DNA of 64,000 bases from a virus, in IMG/VR virus record IMGVR_UViG_3300027734_000042. The stretch is one strand, 5' to 3'. A program made the translations under genes and the position numbers. Every line of letters starts with the position of its first letter. Position 1 is the stretch's first letter. The notes beneath the pieces are model-generated. The model made no database searches. It saw only the letters and a list, made by a program, of their open reading frames with translations, and was not told the DNA's origin. Of the stretch, positions 20,305 to 29,826 are shown in pieces.

Positions 20305-23300
20305 TTGGCAAGGAAGATAATAAAACAAACAGCTTCTTTTGGAGTCCTGAGAGCAAACCCAAGAATATCTGGGAATGTAAAAATTACAGTAGATTCTAAT
20401 AGCGATATATGGTTAAATTCCATAGATTCTAATCCGGAAATGTCAAATCGTGCCTATAAGGCATTTAGAATTACAACCGAATCAACTTTTGATAAAGATT
20501 TATATAATTTCTTTAATAAAGGTAAAACACCTCCTCAATTTGTTTTTGGGCTAGTCGGAGAAGATTCCCCTGTACAGAATCAGTTAAACGATCTTTCGTC
20601 AGTTTATAATTTTACTTATAGCTCTGGAGTTAGTCCTTTAATATCTGATAGTTATCCTGAGGATTTTTCCTACCTTTCACCACTGTGGCTAGGTAACGAT
20701 CTTCCTGATTATTTTGTAATATTCAAAGTTAATGATCCTATAGATTACTCGTACCAGGTGCCAGTAACAATATTGGAAGTTGGTAAAAATTATAAAGTAC
20801 TACAGGATCCAGCAGTTAATGTTAATTCTGTAGGATATACTCCCTATCAAGTGTCTAGTGGATCTTCTACTTATACAGACGGACAAGTTTTTACCGCTAC
20901 AGTAACGACGTTTAATATTTTACAAGGTCAAGGATCAGTTATATTGCTTGATCCTTTATATAATTTATCAAACGTAGAGAATTCTTCTGATCATTTCTAC
21001 GATAAAATATTACCAAAATCAACAGCAGTTGCAACTTTCGATTTAACAGAAAATTCTAATATAGGTAAGTATTTAAGAAAAATAAAAAATGCCTCAGGAT
21101 TTAGTGAAAGCTTAATCGATGTTAGATTTGAGGAGGGACAGCTTACAACATTTAATGGGGTAAATTATCAATATGGGGTTTTTGATAAAAAAGGGGATTA
21201 CCTTTTAGACTATTATCAAAATCCAGAAACACAGATAGCTTTTGAAGATTTTATAACTAATGGATTTAGATCTAATGGTATAATAAGCTGTAAATTACTA
21301 AATCTCGAATTTCTATTTAGTGACGTAGAGGCTAAAGATTATACAATCAATAGATACTTTGGTCTTTATGTCAATGCTGCTGAAATGGCTAGCTTTAAAC
21401 TTGATGGAGATGCTCTATATAAAAGCTCAGGGAATTCTGGTAATACACCAGTACCTCAAAGAAATGATAAGGGATATTTTTATCAAGATACTAAATACTA
21501 CCAATACAACGATAACGGTGTTAGACTTTACACGGATCCTAACTATATCTCAGGTGTTTTACCTAGCTCTTATGATGTAAATGTTTTAGAATCAACTAAA
21601 TTATTTTGGATAAAGGATAAAAATGGAGACTTCCATTCTTTAAAAAGATCTGATAGCTATTCTGTATCCCCTCAATCTAATGGAGCAGATTACGGATTAA
21701 ATGGCACTGAAAATGAAATAGTTATACAGGATACTGCTATAGACATTTCTCTTCTTACCGGGAAAGACGACGACACAAAGAAACAATACATAGGGGCAAC
21801 TACTGGAGATAAAGGTAGAGGATATTCAGTAATAAGAATAGGAAAAAGCTTAGTTTCGAGTTACGAAGATTGTTTTGTTTTCTATAATCCATTAGGATTT
21901 TATGGTAATCCTGGCGGTAAATATGACTTAATAAAGGCATCCGATTTATCTTCTGTTGTAGATGAATGGGTACCTGGCAGCTATTATTCTCAGGACGGAG
22001 CTTATTATTATAATCCAGATGGTACACCAGAGGATGTAGCTAAATCTTTAGCAGGTGTATTTAATAGTTTTAACTACAATTCGTTTGAAGCTTTTAATAG
22101 CGGTGATGAGCTAGTAATAAGAACAAGAGCGACAGGAACACAAGAAAATACTAAATACTATTTTGACTTTTTTCAAGATTTTACTAATTCTCAAAGAATG
22201 CCTAACTCAAGGAGAGGAATAGTTTTTATTAATGAAAAAGATGTATGTGATATAAACAAAAGACAATCTTTCTTAGGTGGATCTAATTATTCTAATACAA
22301 GAGTTAAAGTAAAAATAGAAGACGCAAACAAAATAGAGGTTGGTAAAACTTTTATTGAGACTGTAAGAAATACTTCAACAGATACTTATAGTGGACTTCC
22401 AGAATATTCAAATAAGTCAGCATCTGTAGTAGTAGGAAAATATAGATTTATAGATCAGTATGCAAAAGATGAGAATGGAACAATTATAGGACTTAAGGAT
22501 TTTGAAACCCATGCTACTTTAGAAATTGCTAATTTTACTGAAAGTATTTCGTTTGGCTCTTCAAGTAAGATATCAGCCTTTAATACATTTGATGTTAAAT
22601 TAGGTATTTTCTCTTTCTATGGATTAAGAGAACTTGATATGGACTTCTGGTCTAGCCAATATGGTTATACCCCAACACAAGAATATTATAAATATTTAGA
22701 TATTCAGCCAGAGGGAGTTACTAAAATAATCCCAGGGAAATCTTACTTTGTTTCTTCTGGTGCAGAAATATCCTATGATATTTATAGCTCAATATCAGGA
22801 CCTACTTTTTTTGAAGGTGTTGCTGGTGCTGATTCATATACACTTATAACTTCATCAACTGGAGCTGAATCTAATGTTTTTCCTACGCTGAATTCTAGAG
22901 GTAATATCACATCAGGAGTAACAGTTTCTAATTTTGATAATGCTTTCTATCCTGACCTAGATGCTTTCCCTGGATTTTACGGAATACAAGCTCTTAAATT
23001 TATTAATAATCAAATAGGCATAGATACAAAATATCAGCAGTTAAATTTTGGTAAACTTGATTCAGAGTATGATTACACTCAAGATAATTATAATCCAGAT
23101 TATGCTATAAATAGTAGAGTAAGTCCATATATTACTAAATGGGTTTACAGAGGGGGAACAGATATTAGAGGTAATGGATATAGACTAAACTCAAACGTGG
23201 CTTTTAGTCCTCTTAATTTTTCTCCTAGCTTTTTTAGAAGAACTCAAGATCCTCAGTATTTTACTCACGAATGGTATCAATTACAAAAGCCACCTTACTC

Positions 23301-25914
23301 TTTACCTGAGGAAAATTTACATAAAGATAAAAGCTATTTAGCGGGTGAAATAAATCTAAATAACATCTATGACGGTAATCCCTCATTGAAAGATTATTTC
23401 TTGGATTACTTTTCTATAGAAGGAGAGGACTTTGTTAATTACTATACAGGTAGTACTACTATAGAAAATATAGATCTAACGGAGAGATATACAGTTTTTA
23501 ATTTTAATTCAGGGAATGGCTTTTCCGAAACAATATTTAGAGGAGCTAAAGCTAGAATAAAAAGAACTTTTACTGATTATGCACAAGGTGAATCTATAAA
23601 ATATGTGAACGATGATAGATTTTATGAAAACTATAAATTCTCATGTGTTATTATACCTGTTGAAAACATAAAGAACGAAATACAAGCTCCTATTAAAATA
23701 GAGATAGTAGAGAATCGTACTTTTAAAAATATAACATTTGTAGTTAAGGTACTCATAGATGATATGAGAGCTTTAAATTTTGAAGAGATTAGTCCGGATA
23801 AACAATATCTTGATCTCGATTATTTTTTACTATATTCTTTAAAAGATAAATTAGATAAACAATTATCACCAATAGCATCATCACCATCGTGGCTTCCTAG
23901 CTCTTTCATAGAATTACCTAAGGTTGGTGATATTAAATTATCTTCAGCATTAAATGTTACATCTGTACCTAATCAGCAGGGATTATTCTCTGCTGTAAAT
24001 AATAGTACTGCTGGGCAGCAAGGAATAATATATTCTATAAATAACGCGGAATACGAATCAGATTTAAGAGATGAAATTAATTTTACATATCTTCCTTCTG
24101 CTGTTCCTACCTCTGGTAGTTCTATAGGTCCTGGATCTTTTTATGGATTAGTAGGGGTTACGGGTACAACTGGAGGATACACATTACCATTCCCTACTGG
24201 AGTAGGCCAGAATTTTATAAACTTTACTAACACAGATACATTCTACTTCTTTAATTTTAATGACATAGGATTGCCTGGACCTTTAAATGTACCTACTCTT
24301 GCTAATTATAATACTGTTTCTAATGTACCTGTATATCAAAGAGAAGGCGGAAAAGGATATTGGAGTAAGATACTGGAAAAAATATCTTTCGCTAATTTAT
24401 CATATTGGGTAAATACAGGATATCCTTACATAGAATATAAATCCTATGTTTGGAACGAAACTACTAAGACCACTGATTTATTAAATGATCAGTTTGTTAT
24501 TGAATTTTTACAGCCATCTGCTTTTGAGCAAAATACTATATTAGTAACGGATGAGGTAAAAAATAAGCCTCAAGAATTTTCAGGATCTAATGTGGGATAC
24601 AGTGTTTCTGAAGTTGCTGGTCAAACAGAACTTTATAGATATAGTGGAGAATATGTTCCTAGCTTTAGAGAGATACTAAAATTTGAAAATGTCAAATATG
24701 ACGGACCTTTATGGACTGTACCTGATTACTATACTTTCGTTGTTAAAGTAGTAGATAAGCAGGTATCTTCTATTAATTATGATCTAGGATCAACACATTG
24801 TTATGAGATAAACGGGGTAATACAAAATAAAATAACTCTAGTAAAAGGAATAACATATTATTTTAATCTTAGTGATTCATCTAATTTAGGTAATCAAATA
24901 TACTTCTCAGAAAGCAATATAGGAGATAACCTTTCAAATGATGGAATTACACAGGGATATACTCTTTTTGGAACTCCTGGAACTCCTGGATCATATGTTC
25001 AGTTTGACGTTCCTTATGATTTACCATCTACTGTTTATTATGTTTCTAATGGAGACAAATACATGGGTAATGCTATTAAGTCTATAGATCCTATAGAATA
25101 TTCTTACTGTTCATTTGGGCCTTATAGGGATGGCTTTGGTAAGGTTAAAAATGTAAACTATTATAAATATTCAAATCAATGGATATACGGGATAGGAAAG
25201 AATTCTCCTTACAATCCAATTTATAACTTAATAAATGAAACTCCGGTAGACAAGAGGGATCTTTCTTTATTTGAAAGCTCTTGGGACCCAGGATTTTATA
25301 GACAATACACTTCACCTTCGGCATATACGAGTTTGCCCGGAACTAGAAGTATGAAAGAAGAAAAATCTTTCTTTGGAAGTAAAGTAATGCAAACCCCTGA
25401 TACTATAAATTCTCAAAAGCAGATAGTTTACCCTAATTCTTTAAAGGATGTTCTAGATCTTAATTACAACAATTATCCTAACTATGAGATATTATGGGAA
25501 AATACTCCTACTGAAATTAAAGGGGTTTTGTTAATGGATAGGATGATAACTAGATATTTCCTTGAAAACGGAGGTAAACAAACTTTCGATGAATTTATAA
25601 TACCTGAATTTGGATTTGGTTCATTAACAGATGTTAACGATGACTTTACTGAATATATGAGGTTAAATGTTATTCCTATATTCCAATCTAAGAATAACGG
25701 ATCATATCTAAAGAAAGTCCCAGTAGCAAATCCTGCATCGCTTACTCCAATAGAAGGTAATTTACAAGATTACCAAAAATTAATAAATGGATATTACCCT
25801 TCACAAGATATTAGATACACCAAAGTAAATGAGCTAAGATATGAATTTAGGATTCCTAAGGATCCTTCTTTCAATTATTCCTTAGCATTTTCTATACAAA
25901 TAGGAAAAATTTAA
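20305..25914 (+). CDS. giant virion structural protein (probable baseplate/fibre)
   Basis: 1869 aa, TTG start; contains a cupredoxin-like module (ITLVKGITYYFNLSDSSN...QFDVPYDLPSTVYY) of the type seen in T4-like virion proteins. Confidence 0.55.
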   Translation: MARKIIKQTASFGVLRANPRISGNVKITVDSNSDIWLNSIDSNPEMSNRAYKAFRITTESTFDKDLYNFFNKGKTPPQFVFGLVGEDSPVQNQLNDLSSVYNFTYSSGVSPLISDSYPEDFSYLSPLWLGNDLPDYFVIFKVNDPIDYSYQVPVTILEVGKNYKVLQDPAVNVNSVGYTPYQVSSGSSTYTDGQVFTATVTTFNILQGQGSVILLDPLYNLSNVENSSDHFYDKILPKSTAVATFDLTENSNIGKYLRKIKNASGFSESLIDVRFEEGQLTTFNGVNYQYGVFDKKGDYLLDYYQNPETQIAFEDFITNGFRSNGIISCKLLNLEFLFSDVEAKDYTINRYFGLYVNAAEMASFKLDGDALYKSSGNSGNTPVPQRNDKGYFYQDTKYYQYNDNGVRLYTDPNYISGVLPSSYDVNVLESTKLFWIKDKNGDFHSLKRSDSYSVSPQSNGADYGLNGTENEIVIQDTAIDISLLTGKDDDTKKQYIGATTGDKGRGYSVIRIGKSLVSSYEDCFVFYNPLGFYGNPGGKYDLIKASDLSSVVDEWVPGSYYSQDGAYYYNPDGTPEDVAKSLAGVFNSFNYNSFEAFNSGDELVIRTRATGTQENTKYYFDFFQDFTNSQRMPNSRRGIVFINEKDVCDINKRQSFLGGSNYSNTRVKVKIEDANKIEVGKTFIETVRNTSTDTYSGLPEYSNKSASVVVGKYRFIDQYAKDENGTIIGLKDFETHATLEIANFTESISFGSSSKISAFNTFDVKLGIFSFYGLRELDMDFWSSQYGYTPTQEYYKYLDIQPEGVTKIIPGKSYFVSSGAEISYDIYSSISGPTFFEGVAGADSYTLITSSTGAESNVFPTLNSRGNITSGVTVSNFDNAFYPDLDAFPGFYGIQALKFINNQIGIDTKYQQLNFGKLDSEYDYTQDNYNPDYAINSRVSPYITKWVYRGGTDIRGNGYRLNSNVAFSPLNFSPSFFRRTQDPQYFTHEWYQLQKPPYSLPEENLHKDKSYLAGEINLNNIYDGNPSLKDYFLDYFSIEGEDFVNYYTGSTTIENIDLTERYTVFNFNSGNGFSETIFRGAKARIKRTFTDYAQGESIKYVNDDRFYENYKFSCVIIPVENIKNEIQAPIKIEIVENRTFKNITFVVKVLIDDMRALNFEEISPDKQYLDLDYFLLYSLKDKLDKQLSPIASSPSWLPSSFIELPKVGDIKLSSALNVTSVPNQQGLFSAVNNSTAGQQGIIYSINNAEYESDLRDEINFTYLPSAVPTSGSSIGPGSFYGLVGVTGTTGGYTLPFPTGVGQNFINFTNTDTFYFFNFNDIGLPGPLNVPTLANYNTVSNVPVYQREGGKGYWSKILEKISFANLSYWVNTGYPYIEYKSYVWNETTKTTDLLNDQFVIEFLQPSAFEQNTILVTDEVKNKPQEFSGSNVGYSVSEVAGQTELYRYSGEYVPSFREILKFENVKYDGPLWTVPDYYTFVVKVVDKQVSSINYDLGSTHCYEINGVIQNKITLVKGITYYFNLSDSSNLGNQIYFSESNIGDNLSNDGITQGYTLFGTPGTPGSYVQFDVPYDLPSTVYYVSNGDKYMGNAIKSIDPIEYSYCSFGPYRDGFGKVKNVNYYKYSNQWIYGIGKNSPYNPIYNLINETPVDKRDLSLFESSWDPGFYRQYTSPSAYTSLPGTRSMKEEKSFFGSKVMQTPDTINSQKQIVYPNSLKDVLDLNYNNYPNYEILWENTPTEIKGVLLMDRMITRYFLENGGKQTFDEFIIPEFGFGSLTDVNDDFTEYMRLNVIPIFQSKNNGSYLKKVPVANPASLTPIEGNLQDYQKLINGYYPSQDIRYTKVNELRYEFRIPKDPSFNYSLAFSIQIGKI

Positions 25915-25930
25915 TGAGGAGTGAATTTTT

Positions 25931-25938
25931 GATATATA
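25931..25938 (+). promoter_or_regulatory. putative late promoter (GATATATA)
   Basis: Intergenic, 18 nt before the fibre ATG at 25957. Confidence 0.6.
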
Positions 25939-25956
25939 ATAGAACTATAACTAGAG

Positions 25957-28812
25957 ATGCCACAGATTAACATATTAAACGTACTCCAAGGAGATAATCA
26001 ATCGACAATAGTTGATAAACTCAACTATAACTTTGATCAGATCCTAAGCGCAGGAGGAGGTCCTCAAGGACAAAGAGGTATTGATGGACCAACAGGACCT
26101 ATTGGACCACAAGGACCAATAGGAGTACAGGGATCACAAGGACCTTCAGGTACGAAATGGTTCGTACAAGAAACATCTCCTGCTTCCGGAGGTATTACTG
26201 GATCTAATCCTTGGCAATTTCCTACACTTGGAGATTATTGGATGGATCCGGATTCAGCAAATCAGGACATATACGTTTTTACTGCAACAGGATGGACTAA
26301 CACAGGATACGGATTATCCTCTGGCGATTTATTTCAGAAAGTTACTCCTATTAATGTTAGTGGAGGTGGAACAGGACAAGGTATATTAATATCAGGAACA
26401 GCTTCTAACCAGTCCCTAGTTTTATCTGATAACTCTGTTACAGAGTATACTCCTGGTGGATCTGGTATACCGAACATCAATTACGAAAATGCAAAATTAA
26501 AAATTGCAACTGAAAACTCAAGAACTAAGATATTAAGTTTCGGTAGAGCAGATTTTGATCTTACAACGAGTGGATCGGGAACAACAGGGAATCAAAGAAA
26601 TCCTTCCATAGATTGGGATTCTTCAGCTTCTGGATCTAGTTATTATGATATCTCTTTTAGAAATCCAGGGGGAGAAATTACGATTTCATCTTTAGCGGCT
26701 ACATCTTCTGGTGGTGTTAATATACTTGCAAAGGGAGATATTGTCAATCTATCTTATGAATCCGATGTTAGACTAAGTACTTCTTCTGTTTTTAAAGGTA
26801 CTTTTGTAAATGCTGCATCTAAAGGCGGATTCTTAGAATTTAATCCTACGGGTCCTTCAAATCAACAATTTGCTCCACTATTTGCAACAGTCAACGGCTT
26901 AGGTATAGGCTTAGGAACGGGACAATTCCTACAATCGGGTGATAGTTCCAGGAGATTAGCAGTGTACGGAAACGTAAGTATTTCTAAGACCGTATCTAAA
27001 CACACTGGAGCAATATTTACAGGAGATGCTTTAGCCCCGCTAAATAATAATAAAGGCGTTTTATTCGTTGAAGGATACGGAGCTTTTGGAAACGGTGATC
27101 CTAGATACACACAATCAGGAACTCCTTTCGCTACAACTGGACCAGCAGAAGCACAAGGAAGATTTCCACAGCTTTGGGTTACTTCACCTAACTACGGTCC
27201 AGGCTTACAAATAAAAACATTAGGAAATTCCACATATACATCGCGTACTGTTATAGGTGATGGTGTATTTGATTATAATGCAGCAGGTGGTTTAAACGGG
27301 GTTGCTGGTACGGGATCTGATATCACTCAAGAATTTTATGTAAGTTCACATAATTTTGCTGCTAATGCCCCTATAATGAGCTATCAGCATAAGGTTTCTG
27401 ATGCTTCTAATACAACCGGAAGTGCACCGGTATTTGCTATAACTACATACTCTAATTCCGGTGTTTATAATAACAATACATCGGTACAGAAGACAGTAAT
27501 ACAAACTAGAAATTCCAATTCTTCATTAATATTACAAGCTAATTCTACAGGACAGCCTGATCTTAATAATGTTTCATTAGGAGCAAGAGGAAATTCTATG
27601 GTTTCCGTTTATGGTGGTCCTACAGGAGCTACTATAGCATATGGTACAGTATCTATTGGATACACGTCTAATTCTTTCAAAGGAACTACTGGCTCTATAA
27701 GTACAATAGGAAATTTCGATCAATTATTTGGATTACCTTCGTCGCTTAAGCCACAAATTTACCCGAATCATGCTCTTAGCATTGGTGGGGTTCAGACAAT
27801 AGGAACTACAGATCCTAATTCTTTATTTACTTCATCCAACAACCAAGTGAGTTCGGTTGGTGCAGCTTCTATGCTAAAGATTCATAGGAATTTAAGTACA
27901 ACTTACACTACTACTGGTACTGGTACTTATATAGGATCAGCTAAAGGGGTCAATCCTATAAATAACAATTATCCAAACGGATTAGAAATAACTTCATATA
28001 TACCGAATTCTCATAGTGCATCATCTGTGTCAGGTAATAGATCGGTAGCTTTAGCCATAGGTGCGGCAACTAGTGTTGCTAGCTCTACTGGAGCTAAGCT
28101 ATACGCTAACACCACAGGTTTCTTTGTTTCTGATACTGGCGAGAGTGTTTCTATAGGTACAGCTCCAGATTACAGTACTGCATTAAATGTATCTGGTGCA
28201 GCTGGGGATTCTGCTATTAAAGCTAAAGGAGATGTTACTATTACTGGAAGTATTAATACAACAGGGGCAACCGGGGAAATAAAAGCAGTAGGAATAGTTA
28301 GAACCGATGAAGATTTTACAACTGGAACTGACACACCAGGATGGACAGATATTGTTCTAGTAAATAGTGATCTTGCATACTCAATAGGAGGTAACCCATA
28401 TAAGCCTAATTGTACACTTAACGGAGCTAAAGTATTATCATATAAAGTAATAGGAAAAACAGTCTATTTAAGTTTTAATATAACAAGTACGAACACCAGC
28501 GACGCAAACATAGGAGCTTTTTATTTAAAACTACCGACTGCAATAAATCCTGAGGTTGTAAAGAGTATATCTAGATTTATTGGTAACGGATTTTACAATA
28601 ACCAGGCAAACCCCAGTAATGGTGTTGGAACTAGCAGTCCCTTAGGTAGGAGCGGTATCATCTTAACATTAACATCGGGAAGTGCTATAGGTGGTACTGC
28701 GCCAACCAGTAATTACTTTTTATCTATGATTCCCCCCACGTATAATAATTTTGATTGTGCTGGCTCTAATAATGTTACACTAAAAGGAACAATTTATTAC
28801 GAATTACCTTAA
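25957..28812 (+). CDS. tail fibre/receptor-binding protein with short collagen-like segment
   Basis: GDNQSTIVDKLNYNFDQI anchor, ten G-X-Y triplets (GPQGQRGIDGPTGPIGPQGPIGVQGSQGPS), G/S/T-rich shaft, C-terminal YKVIGKTVYLSFNI head-domain pattern. Confidence 0.7.
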   Translation: MPQINILNVLQGDNQSTIVDKLNYNFDQILSAGGGPQGQRGIDGPTGPIGPQGPIGVQGSQGPSGTKWFVQETSPASGGITGSNPWQFPTLGDYWMDPDSANQDIYVFTATGWTNTGYGLSSGDLFQKVTPINVSGGGTGQGILISGTASNQSLVLSDNSVTEYTPGGSGIPNINYENAKLKIATENSRTKILSFGRADFDLTTSGSGTTGNQRNPSIDWDSSASGSSYYDISFRNPGGEITISSLAATSSGGVNILAKGDIVNLSYESDVRLSTSSVFKGTFVNAASKGGFLEFNPTGPSNQQFAPLFATVNGLGIGLGTGQFLQSGDSSRRLAVYGNVSISKTVSKHTGAIFTGDALAPLNNNKGVLFVEGYGAFGNGDPRYTQSGTPFATTGPAEAQGRFPQLWVTSPNYGPGLQIKTLGNSTYTSRTVIGDGVFDYNAAGGLNGVAGTGSDITQEFYVSSHNFAANAPIMSYQHKVSDASNTTGSAPVFAITTYSNSGVYNNNTSVQKTVIQTRNSNSSLILQANSTGQPDLNNVSLGARGNSMVSVYGGPTGATIAYGTVSIGYTSNSFKGTTGSISTIGNFDQLFGLPSSLKPQIYPNHALSIGGVQTIGTTDPNSLFTSSNNQVSSVGAASMLKIHRNLSTTYTTTGTGTYIGSAKGVNPINNNYPNGLEITSYIPNSHSASSVSGNRSVALAIGAATSVASSTGAKLYANTTGFFVSDTGESVSIGTAPDYSTALNVSGAAGDSAIKAKGDVTITGSINTTGATGEIKAVGIVRTDEDFTTGTDTPGWTDIVLVNSDLAYSIGGNPYKPNCTLNGAKVLSYKVIGKTVYLSFNITSTNTSDANIGAFYLKLPTAINPEVVKSISRFIGNGFYNNQANPSNGVGTSSPLGRSGIILTLTSGSAIGGTAPTSNYFLSMIPPTYNNFDCAGSNNVTLKGTIYYELP

Positions 28813-28814
28813 TC

Positions 28815-29027
28815 ATGGAGAAAAATAAAGACTGGTTCATAAACGAGTATTCTGAAATACACGATAATCTATCTAAGCTAGAAGTTGAAATAGATGAGCA
28901 TATTAAAAATAAAATATATCTTTTAGATAAGGGAGAAGTTCTAGAAGAACTTAAGAAAAGAGCTCAGGGAGAAATTGAGAGACTAAATAAAACAAGAGAA
29001 AATGAAAGAAGAATCTTTAATCAGTAG
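28815..29027 (+). CDS. small helical hypothetical protein
   Basis: 70-aa ORF 2 nt after the fibre stop; charged coiled-coil composition. Confidence 0.6.
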   Translation: MEKNKDWFINEYSEIHDNLSKLEVEIDEHIKNKIYLLDKGEVLEELKKRAQGEIERLNKTRENERRIFNQ

Positions 29028-29799
29028 AATTTTAAAAAGAAAAGATATAATCTTAGTTGGAATCATAGCTGTTATCCTATTAATGATGCTTAAGGAGTGT
29101 AATAACGCTTCTAATCTAAAAAAACAATTAGAGATCCAGGATATGAATTTGGATGCGTTAAACGACACTGTACGACTCCAAAAGAATAAAGAAGGTGAAG
29201 ACACTTACGTAAGAAAAACACTTCTTGCAACAAGAGATAATCTAGAGAAACTAAATAAGAATCTCGCTGACGAATTAAAAAAAGTTAAAGGACAGGTACT
29301 CGTTTTACAAAGCGTTGAGACTGTGATCAAAACAGATACGCAATATGTTAACAATTATCTCACTGTTTACGAGGACGGAAGCTATAGTTTGGATTGGAAA
29401 TTTGATTCAACATTTTCTGAAAATAACTACAGAAAATTCGCAGGAAATAGCTTCTTTAAAATAGATTCAATAACTCATAAGGTAACTCCTGGAGCTACTA
29501 GAATAAATCAGGACGAATTAGGATTCTCATTTATAACTGGAATTAGAGAAAAAGATAAAGCATTGGAGATATTTGTAACACCAAAATATCCAGGAATGAA
29601 AATTACTGAGATAGAAGGAGCAATTATAGATCCTCACAAATCTGATGTTCTAAAAAGTATGTTTCCTGATAAGAAATTTTCTTTTGGTCCATACGTAGGA
29701 GTTGGTATAGGATCAGGCTATGGAATAAACGGAAGTCCTATTACAGGAGCTATGTTTAATATTGGATTCTCCCTACAGTATTCCTTGTTTAAATTTTAA
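29002..29799 (+). CDS. membrane-anchored coiled-coil protein with C-terminal amphipathic beta-strands; spanin candidate
   Basis: N-terminal TM helix (IILVGIIAVILLMML) then Cys, a coiled coil, and C-terminal FSFGPYVGVGIG...FNIGFSLQYSLFKF ending in Phe. Confidence 0.5.
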   Translation: MKEESLISRILKRKDIILVGIIAVILLMMLKECNNASNLKKQLEIQDMNLDALNDTVRLQKNKEGEDTYVRKTLLATRDNLEKLNKNLADELKKVKGQVLVLQSVETVIKTDTQYVNNYLTVYEDGSYSLDWKFDSTFSENNYRKFAGNSFFKIDSITHKVTPGATRINQDELGFSFITGIREKDKALEIFVTPKYPGMKITEIEGAIIDPHKSDVLKSMFPDKKFSFGPYVGVGIGSGYGINGSPITGAMFNIGFSLQYSLFKF

Positions 29800-29814
29800 G
29801 GAGATATAATAAGG

Positions 29815-29822
29815 AATATATA
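29815..29822 (+). promoter_or_regulatory. putative late promoter (AATATATA)
   Basis: Intergenic, 4 nt before ATG 29827. Confidence 0.45.
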
Positions 29823-29826
29823 AGGC

